Shown here one piece after another: positions 9,803 to 19,507 of a DNA stretch of 64,000 nucleotides; position 1 is the first letter of the stretch, and the number at the start of each line of letters is the position of its first letter. The stretch comes from Gemmatales bacterium. GTDB taxonomy: Bacteria > Planctomycetota > Planctomycetia > Gemmatales > HRBIN36. The translations under genes and the position numbers were made by a program. The stretch lies in assembly GCA_025060195.1 (NCBI GenBank), contig JANXCQ010000014.1, forward strand, positions 13,829-77,828. Direction: 5' to 3'. The notes under the pieces were generated by a model. It made no database searches and was not told where the DNA came from. It worked only from the letters and a program-made list of their open reading frames with translations.

Positions 9803-10442
9803 GGCGGTCGGATACCCTGAAAAGTAGGCTGACTGGCTCGGCCAATTGGCGAAAGGCCTCCATGGGTAAGCTCACGGTGTCCCACTTCGGACTGCGTAGT
9901 TTCATGTGCTCCATATATCGTTCGACACGTACACCGCAAAGCCCGAAGATTTTCTTATGCCATGACCAAATTTCGAGCCAGGCGGGATAAACTTCGTCGC
10001 TTGGAGCACGAATGTGGTAAACAAATACTAAAACTCCCTGGGCATGCAGGGCTTCCGACCAGCGAAGTAGGCTGTGGCAATCCGATCGCGTGCACCAACG
10101 TTCCCAGACGCGCCGCGGCTTATGTGTGTTCCCACCCGGATAACGCCGACCTTTGACGTCCACCACTAAGTCTCGCCCGTCGAAACTTCGAACAACCAAA
10201 TCGGGACTCTTAACCCCCTGCCCGGTCAGGTGCTGGCGGTGTGTCTCGTCAATGAAAAAGTACATCAAGCCTTGATGTCTCAACCACGCAACAAACGCTT
10301 TTTCGTAGCCATTTCCACCGTCCATGCTGGGGTTTCCTGGCAATTCTTGCGACTTGACGCCAAGGTTTACTGCTAATTGTAATGCTAGTGGGCCGAGTCG
10401 GCGATAGGCATTGGCAGGGTGCGTTGGCAGACTTGCTGTCAA
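9759..10442 (-). CDS. PD-(D/E)XK nuclease-fold protein (resembles the 'HYExAFE' family)
   Basis: GNGYEKAFVAWLR ... KSPDLVV..(10)..LVVDVKGRR gives an E / D / D-x-K arrangement. Its 3' end overlaps the next gene start by 44 nt. Confidence 0.5.
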   Translation of the reverse strand: MTASLPTHPANAYRRLGPLALQLAVNLGVKSQELPGNPSMDGGNGYEKAFVAWLRHQGLMYFFIDETHRQHLTGQGVKSPDLVVRSFDGRDLVVDVKGRRYPGGNTHKPRRVWERWCTRSDCHSLLRWSEALHAQGVLVFVYHIRAPSDEVYPAWLEIWSWHKKIFGLCGVRVERYMEHMKLRSPKWDTVSLPMEAFRQLAEPVSLLFRVSDRHELVPLCCSDTVAE

Positions 10443-10782
10443 AGGCGAATCTTAATACTTCGTGCTTTGCTGACGAGCTTGCGATGGTGTTTACTAAATT
10501 GCGGAGCGACGCGCTTGAAGAGGCCGGGGTCATAAGCGGAGCCTGCTCATTCCCGTAACAGAACTCACCGACTTACCTCAGGGCATAGTCTGTGCTGTGC
10601 AAGCCAAGTTATTCGGGTGCGCAACACTCTGAGGTCGCCGCGCAGGTATAATTGCTGGCCCTGTAAACGATGGTCTTGGCTGCTCTGGGGGTACGATTAT
10701 CGGTTTAGTGCCCCTCTTAGCCTGAGGGTTGCAAAAGCCTGGGGTAACTTGGTCGCGTAGTAATAGGCTGTGCTCACCTAGC

Positions 10783-11892
10783 TCAGAAGTCGTTGCCGAA
10801 ATCGCCCCCTGCAAAATCGCTTCCCGCAACATCGCTGTCGCCGAAGTCGGCACCGTAGTCGGTAGGTTCATCTTGGATGCCGTAATCGGGTTCAAAATCT
10901 TCCGCGGGGGCGCCGGAGCCCGAGAGCTCGTGCTCGGCTTGATCGAAATCGGCACCTGTGGTCCAGACGGAGCCGGCCTCAGGAGCGTAAGGAGGCAGTG
11001 GGTTCTCAGTCGTCGGCACATTGGTAGGGCCGGCTGTGGGCGCGGTTGCCGGTGCTTCCGGGCCAGCTCCTTGTGCCGCTCCCCGGAAGAAACGGTCGTA
11101 GAGCCAGCTACCGAGCGCAGCGCCAAACATGCCAGCGAGGAAGGAACTCAGGAACGTAGGAGCGCTAGAATAACTACCTGCAGCGACAGGGGAGTTTGTG
11201 CCAGCCTGTTCAGGAGGAACGGATGAAGGCTGGGCAGGGTTACTTAGAGCGTACATCAATCCCCGCAGAAGTGCCAAAACAATCAGGATGCCTAAGCCAA
11301 GTAAGATTGCCCAAAACACCCACGACCATTTGGTGGATGGCGAAGGATTGCCAGATGAGGGGGAGTTTGTATCATCGGCCGGCGCCGGCGTTTGAGCCGG
11401 GGATGGCTTTTGGGCCGTGCCCGATAGCGCTTGGTTCAGCCATGTGACGGTTTCTAACAGGGCTTGATCATATTGTTTGGCGCGGAGTCGCTGCAGGAGG
11501 GTACTACGGAGTGTGTCGAGTTGCTCTTGAGGTAACCGCTGGGTTAGGGTCTCGTGCCAAGTGATTTCGAAACGTGCGGGATCGCGGCAGATCAAGATAT
11601 AAAGGTGAGCACGGTGCGCGGCCCGACGCTTTTCGGCCCAGGAACGGAATGCCATGGGACGTTTGTCGGGAATTTTCGCGAATTCGGCCAAGTCGCTGGG
11701 AGGTCGGGCAAACGTTTCAATTACTAGGACCAACTGATGTTTTTCGCCCAGCTTTCGCAGTTCTTTGTCCGCTTGGACGAGCGTCGCTCGGTGGAAAAAT
11801 TGACCTTCATCGAACACCTGGCCCCATGCGGGCTTGGGAAGCAATATGCTTAGCGCTGTAAATACCGTGATCCACGCCAGCGGGCGAGGCAT
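10783..11892 (-). CDS. TPM-domain (TLP18.3/Psb32/MOLO-1) protein with TM helix and acidic tail
   Basis: Signal peptide, then a TPM-like block (FFHRATLVQADKELRKLGEKHQLVLVIETF ...LYILICRDPARFEI), a TM helix WSWVFWAILLGLGILIVLALL, a Gly-rich FLAGMFGAALGSWLYDRFF segment and a D/F/G-rich tail. Confidence 0.7.
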   Translation of the reverse strand: MPRPLAWITVFTALSILLPKPAWGQVFDEGQFFHRATLVQADKELRKLGEKHQLVLVIETFARPPSDLAEFAKIPDKRPMAFRSWAEKRRAAHRAHLYILICRDPARFEITWHETLTQRLPQEQLDTLRSTLLQRLRAKQYDQALLETVTWLNQALSGTAQKPSPAQTPAPADDTNSPSSGNPSPSTKWSWVFWAILLGLGILIVLALLRGLMYALSNPAQPSSVPPEQAGTNSPVAAGSYSSAPTFLSSFLAGMFGAALGSWLYDRFFRGAAQGAGPEAPATAPTAGPTNVPTTENPLPPYAPEAGSVWTTGADFDQAEHELSGSGAPAEDFEPDYGIQDEPTDYGADFGDSDVAGSDFAGGDFGNDF

Positions 11893-12049
11893 GGTTATCT
11901 CCTACTCAGGGGCGTTCTTTTGCCATAGTGCATCTTGCGCAGCGACAGTACTGCTACTGCCTGGTTGGGCCAAGCCATTTTACCCAAGATTGACAGGCAG
12001 CTACATGACAGGAGCTAATTAGTATCAATGACACTCTTGCGGACCGTCG

Positions 12050-13798
12050 CTAAGCTGAAACACTGCGAGTTAATGGTTGGCTTAGTCGTTTAAGTGCCGC
12101 GGCAATTTCATTGGCGGCACGACGAGCGGCTTGTTCAACGGGAACGGTCCAACTTGTGGCCTCGTGCCGCCATTTCAGTTCGACTTCCCCGCGTTGCAGC
12201 GCCTTTTCCCCCACGACAATGCGCAACGGCAAGCCAATTAGGTCGGCATCGTTGAATTTGAAGCCCGCACGTGCATCGCGGTCGTCGAGGAGGACTTCGA
12301 CACCTAACTCAGTGAGTTCGCGGTACAGGCGTTCGGCCGTTTGCATGAGTTCAGGGTTAGTAACATTGAGCGGCAGGACTAAGACGTGGTATGGGGCGAG
12401 GCTGACGGACCAGATAATGCCTTTCTCGTCATGACTGGTTTCGATGAGCGCCGCTAGGATACGGTTGATGCCGATGCCGTAGCAGCCCATGATGATCGGA
12501 TGAGACTGGCCTTTATCATCGAGGTAATGGGCGCCGAGCTTGGCGGAATATTTGGTGCCGAGTTTGAACACGTGCCCGATTTCGATACCGCGACGCAAAT
12601 GGAGGGTGCCTGGACAACGGGGACAGGCGTCGCCGTCGCTGGCGATGCGCAAGTCGCCGATCCAGTCCGGTTGAAAATCCCGACCTGGCTGCACGCCGAC
12701 AAGGTGATAATCCGCTTCATTGGCACCAGTTACGCCATTGCGGACGTGTATCACGGCGCGGTCAGCAAGCAGGCGGACCCGTAAACCCAGCGGGCCCGCG
12801 AAGCCGACGGGAGCGCCAGTTACCCGTTGAATCGTTTCCGGGTCAGCCAGTTCCAAGCGCGAGGCGGCCAAGGCTCGGCGGAGCTTGTTCTCATTGACTT
12901 CGTGATCGCCGCGTACGAGCACGGCCACGGGTTCCCCATCGGCCAGGTAAATTAACGTCTTTATCATCTGTTGCGGCTGACAGGCGAGGAAAGCACTTAC
13001 CTGCTCGATGGTGGTGCGTCCGGGGGTATGCACCTTGCGGAGCGGTTGCTCGGAACCAATCGGTGGAGCGGCTTGGGTATCCCCGACCTCGGCGCGTTCC
13101 AGATTGGCTGCATAACGACATTGCTGACATTCGACCAAGGCGTCCTCCCCGGTATCGGCCAGCACCATAAATTCGTGCGACGCTTCCCCGCCGATAGGAC
13201 CACTTTCCGCTTCCACGACGACATATTTGAGACCACAACGGTCGAAAATGCGGCAGTAGGCGTGGTACATTTTGTCGTAACTTTGATTCAAATGGGGCAG
13301 GTCCACGTCGAAACTATAGGCGTCCTTCATCAGGAACTCGCGGGTGCGCAATACACCGAAGCGTGGCCGCGGTTCATCGCGGAACTTGGTCTGGATTTGA
13401 TAGAAAATCACGGGCAGTTGTCGGTAAGACGTGATATGATGGCGGACAAGGTCGGTGATGACTTCCTCATGCGTTGGGCCAAGAACTAGCAGCGCATTTT
13501 TCCGGTCGCGCACTTTCATCAGCGTGTCGCCGTAGTCCGCGAATCGGCCCGTCTCTTGCCACAACTCGGCAGGATGAATCGCAGGCATCAGAATTTCCAG
13601 GGCGCCCGCGCGGTCCATCTCTTCGCGGACGATTTGGGTGGCCTTTTGCAACGCCCGGAAGCCGAGGGGTAGGTACGTGTAAGCCCCAGCCACTAGCTGC
13701 CGAATTAACCCAGCCCGAACCATGAGACGATGGCTGGGTACTTGGGCGTCAGCTGGGTCCTCTTTGAGCGTCGGTATGAAAGTTTGGGTCCAGCGCAA
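12050..13798 (-). CDS. proS: proline--tRNA ligase (bacterial type with editing insertion)
   Basis: 582 aa. The N-terminus [46 protein letters not shown] and class II motifs ([25 protein letters not shown]; [13 protein letters not shown]) are diagnostic. Confidence 0.95.
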   Translation of the reverse strand: MRWTQTFIPTLKEDPADAQVPSHRLMVRAGLIRQLVAGAYTYLPLGFRALQKATQIVREEMDRAGALEILMPAIHPAELWQETGRFADYGDTLMKVRDRKNALLVLGPTHEEVITDLVRHHITSYRQLPVIFYQIQTKFRDEPRPRFGVLRTREFLMKDAYSFDVDLPHLNQSYDKMYHAYCRIFDRCGLKYVVVEAESGPIGGEASHEFMVLADTGEDALVECQQCRYAANLERAEVGDTQAAPPIGSEQPLRKVHTPGRTTIEQVSAFLACQPQQMIKTLIYLADGEPVAVLVRGDHEVNENKLRRALAASRLELADPETIQRVTGAPVGFAGPLGLRVRLLADRAVIHVRNGVTGANEADYHLVGVQPGRDFQPDWIGDLRIASDGDACPRCPGTLHLRRGIEIGHVFKLGTKYSAKLGAHYLDDKGQSHPIIMGCYGIGINRILAALIETSHDEKGIIWSVSLAPYHVLVLPLNVTNPELMQTAERLYRELTELGVEVLLDDRDARAGFKFNDADLIGLPLRIVVGEKALQRGEVELKWRHEATSWTVPVEQAARRAANEIAAALKRLSQPLTRSVSA

Positions 13799-14153
13799 GG
13801 TTGACTCCCCTCCTGCTTTTGCAAGCTTGCCCTCTCAGCGCGTGATTGTATGCGCAAGCGGCACGATTGGGAGCTTTCACGGCCTTCTGGGTCCAGAACT
13901 CATGCTCGGATTTTAGAGATATCGGGGCCACCATTGCATCTAACGCGCGGCATCTGTAGGCCGAACCAAATTAGGGGGCTCGCAAGAAACCCGGTGTAAG
14001 GCGTGTCGCGGCAGTTACACGTTCACAAGCAGTGCGACCCAGAGTGGCAGTCGTGATTTCGTACTTCGCAAAGCAACTAACAACCCGGCGAAAAAGTTGA
14101 GCGCGAGCGAAGAAGAATCCGCCGCGGTAAACTTAAAAAGCCACCGAATATGG

Positions 14154-14243
14154 CTACTTCTTACGATGGCGAATCTTGCTGCGCATACGGCGTTTTTTCC
14201 GCCCAACTTTGCGCCGGCCCTTACCACGTCGTCGGCTACCCAT
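14154..14243 (-). CDS. 29-aa highly basic protein, candidate ribosomal protein bS22-like (AURKAIP1/COX24-like)
   Basis: This ORF is too short for the ORF track. My hand translation is ATG GGT AGC CGA ... AAG AAG TAG = MGSRRRGKGRRKVGRKKRRMRSKIRHRKK*. The MGS start and the KKRR.R..K..HRK core resemble actinobacterial/Bacteroidota bS22 as I remember it. It lies between tRNA-Leu and proS on the same strand. Confidence 0.45.
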   Translation of the reverse strand: MGSRRRGKGRRKVGRKKRRMRSKIRHRKK

Positions 14244-14294
14244 TACAGGATGGCGAGCGTCAAATATCCAGAGCATGTCCCACCCTTTAGCACT

Positions 14295-14311
14295 ACTTGC
14301 ACTGTGCAAGT
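14295..14311. promoter_or_regulatory. perfect 8-1-8 palindrome ACTTGCAC-T-GTGCAAGT
   Basis: Seen directly in the sequence, about 52 nt upstream of the candidate bS22-like ATG. Its function is unknown. Confidence 0.25.
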
Positions 14312-14512
14312 TATACAATCAAGTTGGTCCGATGGCAATCGATTTTTTCACCTCCTCGGGTGTTGAATAACAGGCAATTACTCGACGAGGGAGAAAGTAA
14401 GTTGCGTGCCTTGGGCAATTCCGATTGGGCCCAGCATAGTGGATCCGTTTCGTAACATAATCCCTTTGGAAACCCTTACCAACCGGTCAAACTGGACGGT
14501 TTGTGGCATTTT

Positions 14513-14599
<87 letters not shown>

Positions 14600-14964
14600 T
14601 CAGCCAATTTATTTTATACACGGCGAAGTTGCTGCCTTCCACGCGCTAATGTGAGGGAGTGATGCTGAACCACGTCGGCCTTAGATAGTCCAAAAATAGG
14701 GGACTAGCTTATTCTAGTCCTCCCTTATAAGCAGAGGCTGCTCAAGGAACTAGCAACTACGTTTGGGCGTTCGTTCGGTGGCAGTCTTAGTACGCCGGGC
14801 TGACAAAAAATCGGACGCTCATCCTCGAACTCATTTCCAGCATCCTACCATCATGATGTCTCTGCAGCTGAGGAATAATTCGATACTCCATAAACTAAAA
14901 TCACTGGTTAGCCGCGCTAGTGGTTATGGCCAACTGGAGCTACGTCGTTAAGTATCGGCCTGCG

Positions 14965-14994
14965 TTGTCCCAAATCCGGCCATCGTGGTACAAT
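14965..14994 (+). promoter_or_regulatory. sigma-70-like promoter for tRNA-Thr (TTGTCC-N18-TACAAT, with TG at -15/-14)
   Basis: The -35 is TTGTCC (14965-14970) and the -10 is TACAAT (14989-14994), preceded by TGG. The tRNA starts at 15020. Confidence 0.4.
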
Positions 14995-15019
14995 AGAGAA
15001 CAACGTCGAGGGGTGATGC

Positions 15020-15091
15020 GCCGGCGTAGCTCAACGGCAGAGCACCGCTTTCGTAAAGCGGGGGTTGTGGGTTCAAATCCCACCGCCGGCT
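15020..15091 (+). tRNA. tRNA-Thr (anticodon CGT)
   Basis: GCCGGCGTAGCTCAACGGCAGAGCACCGCTTTCGTAAAGCGGGGGTTGTGGGTTCAAATCCCACCGCCGGCT forms a cloverleaf with anticodon loop TTCGTAA. It is followed by a T6 run. Confidence 0.9.
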
Positions 15092-15196
15092 TTTTTCGTT
15101 GGTCTTGCGTGCTTATAACGTCAAACGCCGACTTAGCAGGGGCGAACCGACGACCTAACGTTGCTCGAACAGACACATCGAAACGGAGTCCAAGGC

Positions 15197-18100
15197 ATGC
15201 GCGCTATAGGCCCATTAGCAGGCTTGTCAGGTGCACTCCTAGTGCTAGTAGCTTGGTGCCTTCCTCGTGCGGGAGAGGAAAAATTCGTGGGTGCTGCCCC
15301 TCCACCTCCACCGCCGAAAGCTTCTCCCCTCACGCCTGAAGAGGAACTTGCCACGTTCAGTTTACCGCCGGGGTTTCGTATCGAACTAGTGGCAAGCGAG
15401 CCGGAAGTGCCTAAGCCCATTACTGTGGTTTGGGACGCCGCGGGACGTATGTGGACGATGACCGCCGTGGAATACCCCGTGGACGCGAATGACGATCCGC
15501 AGAAAGCCCAGGCGCTGTTCGCGCAAGGCGGGCGGGATCGCGTGCTGGTTTTTGACAATCCTTACGGCCCGGGGCCTCATAAACCGCGGATTTTCGCCGA
15601 CGGCCTGGCCATTCCGTTGGGACTCCTTCCCTACCGCGACGGTGCGTTCGTGCAATACGGTAGCGAGATTCTCTTCTTACGCGACACAGACGGCGATGGC
15701 CGGGCTGACCAGCGCGAAGTTGTCCTAAGCGGTTTCGGAATCCAGGATTCACATCTTTATCCCCACCAGTTCACCCGCGGCCCGGGCAACTGGATTTATT
15801 TCGCTCAAGGAGCTTTCAACCGTTCAGTGGTCAAAACCCGCGACGGCCAACAAGTACGCTTTGATTATTGCAAAATGGGACGATTCCAGCCGGATGGCAC
15901 ACGGTTTGAAATTGTGGCCTGTGGTCTGAATAACATCTGGGGGTTTGTCATTACGCGGGAAGGAGAAATGTTTATTCAAGAAGCCAACGATCTTGGCTAT
16001 AGTGTCATACCCCTGACCGTAGGGGCCAACTTTCCTGGACACGGTATGGAAAAACTCAAGCCCTATGCGCCCTGGCAACCGGCCATTGGCGATCATTTCC
16101 GACTAGGCGGCACGGGCTTATCGGGCCTGGCGTACGCAGAGGACGAAGATGGTTGGCCGGAACCATATCGGCACGTGATGTACGTGGCCAACCCGATACT
16201 ACAACGCATCCAAGCTATCAAACTGATTCGCGATGGCGCCCATTACCGACTGGAAAAGCTCCCCGATTTCTTGCTATCTTCGGATGAGTGGTTCCGCCCC
16301 GTGGCCATTCATTTTGGCCCCGATGGGTGTTTATACGTCGTGGACTGGTACAACAAAATCATTCAACATAACGAGGTGCCCCGTAATCATCCCGAGCGGG
16401 ATAAAACGCGCGGTCGCATTTGGCGTATTCGCCATGAACGCCAGGCACCACGCCAAGTCGTGAACTTGAAACGGCTTCCTGAGGACGAACTCCTGCGGCG
16501 TCTCGATTCGCCCAATAGTTGGGAAGCTCGGACGGCCTGGCAGGAGATTGTCGATCGGCAGGCGGTGAATCTCGTGCCCCAGTTACGCCAATGGGTTAGC
16601 GATGGGCAACGACCGGCCGACCGACGTATCCGCGCATTATGGGCCTTGGAGGGAATGCGTCGCGCGGATTTGGAAACTGTGAAGATCCTCTTACGAGACG
16701 CTAACCGCAACGTCCGTCGCGAAGCGGTGCGCGTGCTGGGCACGCAAGATCTTCCAGCGGAGCAAGTGATTCAGTTATTGGAACCGTTGACAGAAGACCC
16801 GGATCCCCAGGTGCGAGCGGAAGTCATTCGCACCTTGGGCGCTGTGAATCCACCGAGCGCGGAGGTCATTCGACTACTTGTGTACATGGGCAAAGAGCGG
16901 CTTGATGGCCCGACCATGAAGCTGCAGCAAGGTGGCGTCGTAGCCAAGCTGGGACTAGCTCACGACCGCGATTTTGAACGGTACTTAGTTCGCGCCGCGC
17001 TGGAGCAGCACCCCGAGCTGTTAGACCGCTGGCTCGGCTCACCCGCTGCCCAAAAATTGCCCCTTGAAAACCGCCTACTAGCCGTGTTGGCGCTACCTGC
17101 ACAGAAGTCAGCGCAACATTTGGCAACTCTCCTGCCGCAACTGCGTCGGTTGCCCGATGAGGAAGAACTCCTCCGTCTCACTGAGGCAGCCGACTTGGCG
17201 GAGGTACGCACTGCCTTGCAACAACTTCTGCAACGGCGTGAGATCGTGGAGTTGCTCCTGTCCGCGCGACAACGCGTCAATCCTTCTGGGATCATGCCAT
17301 TACTCGAGCAGACGGCCCTACGATTCTGGTCAGGGAATGCAGCCGACCGTCAGCTCGCCCTGCGCCTGTCTGTAGCGTTTCGACTGAACGTCCTCGAAAA
17401 ATCGTTAGTCGAACAGCTTCAATCTCCGCAAACTTCGGTGCAGGAGAAGTTGGAAGTGCTCCGCGCTTTGCGGGAAATTCAACCAAGCCGCGCCGACATA
17501 TTTGCTCAGCTGATCCTTCAACTCCCTCCCGGAGTTTTGCGGAACGAAGCCATCTTAACGCTCGTACATGCGAAAGACCCCCAAGCGCCGCAGCTCTTCT
17601 TCAGCTTGGTGAACCTTCTGAACCAAAAAGAAAGGCAAGCGGGCCTGAATGGGCTATGCACCACTCGAGGCGGCGCCCGAGCGATAGTACGCGCCTTCCA
17701 GGACGGCACGCTCCCCGAAGATTTACTCGATGCCTCCCTCTTGGAACGTTTGCAAATTTTACTCGGACCTGATCCACAATTGCTGGCGTTTTTACAAAAG
17801 AACAGCGAGTTATTACGGCCGGTTCTCTGGCTTGATGGTCGCGATGACTCCTACGTGGATGAGCCCATCACGCTCCGCGGCCCGTTTACTGTGGAAACTT
17901 GGATTCGCCTCGACGAGCCAATCACCAATGCGGACAGTATCCTCGGTCGTCCTGGCGTAGCGGATTTCAATTTTCACGACGCCCGTTTTCGCGTGTGGTG
18001 TGGTCCAAAGGTCGGCGACGTAATTATCGCTAAGCGGGCCATGGCTCCGGGAGCTTGGACGCATCTAGCCCTGACTCGCGACGCCCAGGGCCGATTTGCC

Positions 18101-18862
18101 ATTTACATCAATGGCGAACTCGACACCGACCAGGGCCGACCCTTTGCCGAGGATTTCGTGGACCTACGTATCGGCCACAGCAATCCTAGCCAAGGAACTG
18201 CCGCCGCCTTTGCGGAGTACCGTATCTGGAACTATGCCCGCAGCCCGGAAGAAATTCGTCAATGGTTTGATCGCAGCTTCGCCGACTCTCCTAAGCCGAC
18301 AGGTTTGGTGCGGTATTATCACGATGAACATTGGGGCCAGCTGCACGGTGGCGCTCGCGTGACTCGGACGACCGATTACCCACCGATTTTGACAGCGCAG
18401 GAAGCCCGGCAATTGGAAGAAAAATTTGCACGTTACCGCCAATTGGCCCAGCAACCTGGTGACGTCGCCCGGGGGAAGACGGTGTTCGACAAGCACTGTC
18501 TCGTTTGTCATGCCGTGGGCAACCGCGGGGGACAAATTGGTCCGACTCTAAGCGGCGCTGGGTCTATGACGACAGAAGCGCTGTTACGCAGCCTTTTAAC
18601 GCCTCATGCTGCCGTGGAATCAGGGTATCGCCTGTTCCGCGTGGAAACACGCCAGGGGGTCTTGCTGGAAGGCTTCCTGGTGAAACAAACCGACGACGAA
18701 GTCATTCTGCGGAAACCCAATGAGGAAGATAAACGAATCCCCGTTCAAGAAATCTACCGCGCTGGCTTCACGCGCAAAAGCGTCATGCCCGAAGGTTTGC
18801 TCGAAGCACTGACTCCTGCCGAGGTGGCAGATTTGTTTGCTTACCTACGCACCTTGAAGTAA
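15197..18862 (+). CDS. PVC-type heme-binding CxxCH protein (membrane-bound dehydrogenase-like propeller + HEAT repeats + LamG-like domain + C-terminal cytochrome c)
   Basis: I prefer the ATG at 15197, behind GGAG, over the TTG at 15161. Signal peptide, then LATFSLPPGFRIELVASEPEV.KPI (the hallmark N-terminus of this family), repeated ..VRREAVRVLG../..VRAEVIRTLG.. HEAT units, and a C-terminal CLVCHAVGNRGGQIGPTLSG heme c site. Confidence 0.85.
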   Translation: MRAIGPLAGLSGALLVLVAWCLPRAGEEKFVGAAPPPPPPKASPLTPEEELATFSLPPGFRIELVASEPEVPKPITVVWDAAGRMWTMTAVEYPVDANDDPQKAQALFAQGGRDRVLVFDNPYGPGPHKPRIFADGLAIPLGLLPYRDGAFVQYGSEILFLRDTDGDGRADQREVVLSGFGIQDSHLYPHQFTRGPGNWIYFAQGAFNRSVVKTRDGQQVRFDYCKMGRFQPDGTRFEIVACGLNNIWGFVITREGEMFIQEANDLGYSVIPLTVGANFPGHGMEKLKPYAPWQPAIGDHFRLGGTGLSGLAYAEDEDGWPEPYRHVMYVANPILQRIQAIKLIRDGAHYRLEKLPDFLLSSDEWFRPVAIHFGPDGCLYVVDWYNKIIQHNEVPRNHPERDKTRGRIWRIRHERQAPRQVVNLKRLPEDELLRRLDSPNSWEARTAWQEIVDRQAVNLVPQLRQWVSDGQRPADRRIRALWALEGMRRADLETVKILLRDANRNVRREAVRVLGTQDLPAEQVIQLLEPLTEDPDPQVRAEVIRTLGAVNPPSAEVIRLLVYMGKERLDGPTMKLQQGGVVAKLGLAHDRDFERYLVRAALEQHPELLDRWLGSPAAQKLPLENRLLAVLALPAQKSAQHLATLLPQLRRLPDEEELLRLTEAADLAEVRTALQQLLQRREIVELLLSARQRVNPSGIMPLLEQTALRFWSGNAADRQLALRLSVAFRLNVLEKSLVEQLQSPQTSVQEKLEVLRALREIQPSRADIFAQLILQLPPGVLRNEAILTLVHAKDPQAPQLFFSLVNLLNQKERQAGLNGLCTTRGGARAIVRAFQDGTLPEDLLDASLLERLQILLGPDPQLLAFLQKNSELLRPVLWLDGRDDSYVDEPITLRGPFTVETWIRLDEPITNADSILGRPGVADFNFHDARFRVWCGPKVGDVIIAKRAMAPGAWTHLALTRDAQGRFAIYINGELDTDQGRPFAEDFVDLRIGHSNPSQGTAAAFAEYRIWNYARSPEEIRQWFDRSFADSPKPTGLVRYYHDEHWGQLHGGARVTRTTDYPPILTAQEARQLEEKFARYRQLAQQPGDVARGKTVFDKHCLVCHAVGNRGGQIGPTLSGAGSMTTEALLRSLLTPHAAVESGYRLFRVETRQGVLLEGFLVKQTDDEVILRKPNEEDKRIPVQEIYRAGFTRKSVMPEGLLEALTPAEVADLFAYLRTLK

Positions 18863-18993
18863 CCCGTACAACCACACTGCCACGGGCTGCCAAGCTGGCA
18901 GTCAGACCTCATCGCGTTCCCGTTTTGGAACAAGTACTTTTTTCAACTTACTAATCACAAATAACTTGGGAAAAATTTTACGATTGTTGTTTC

Positions 18994-19009
18994 TGGCATA
19001 TCTTTTGCG
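18994..19009 (+). promoter_or_regulatory. sigma-54-type -24/-12 promoter candidate (TGGCATATCTTTTGCG)
   Basis: GG (18995-6) and GC (19007-8) are separated by exactly 10 nt. It matches TGGCA...TTGC of the TGGCACG-N4-TTGCW consensus and lies 42 nt upstream of the hsp20 ATG. Confidence 0.45.
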
Positions 19010-19050
19010 AACAAACTTTGCAGAGTTTATTTGGCAGTGAGAGCACGGTC

Positions 19051-19494
19051 ATGCTCATCTGGCCATTCCGCACGAGTTGGGACGTACTCGATGAGCTGCA
19101 GCGCGAGATGGAACATATTTTCAACCTCGCGCTAGTTGGTAGTCGTTTATTTTGGGAGACGTTTCGCCAGTATCCCCCGATTAACGTTTACGAGACTTCC
19201 AGTGAATATATTTTGCTGGCGCCAGCTCCGGGACTGAAGCCGCAAGATTTGGAGATAACAGCCGTAGCGGATCGGTTGACTATTCGAGCCGAGCGGCGAC
19301 GTCAACAAGTGGCACCTGAGGAAACGTTTCGTCGGGAAGAACGTTGGAAGGGCAGCTGGTCGCGTATCTTGACCCTACCGGATCGAGCCGACACGGATCG
19401 AATTACTGCGACTTTAGACAATGGCCTACTGATTGTCCGCATTCCCAAGTTGCCGGAGGCGCCGGCTCGCCAAGTCCAGGTACGCGTCGCTTAG
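19051..19494 (+). CDS. Hsp20/alpha-crystallin family small heat-shock protein
   Basis: ATG at 19051. PPINVYETSSEYILLAPAPGLKPQDLEITAVADRLTIRAER...LTLPDRADTDRITATLDNGLLIVRIPK is a canonical alpha-crystallin domain. Confidence 0.9.
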   Translation: MLIWPFRTSWDVLDELQREMEHIFNLALVGSRLFWETFRQYPPINVYETSSEYILLAPAPGLKPQDLEITAVADRLTIRAERRRQQVAPEETFRREERWKGSWSRILTLPDRADTDRITATLDNGLLIVRIPKLPEAPARQVQVRVA

Positions 19495-19507
19495 CGGGGG
19501 TACCCAC

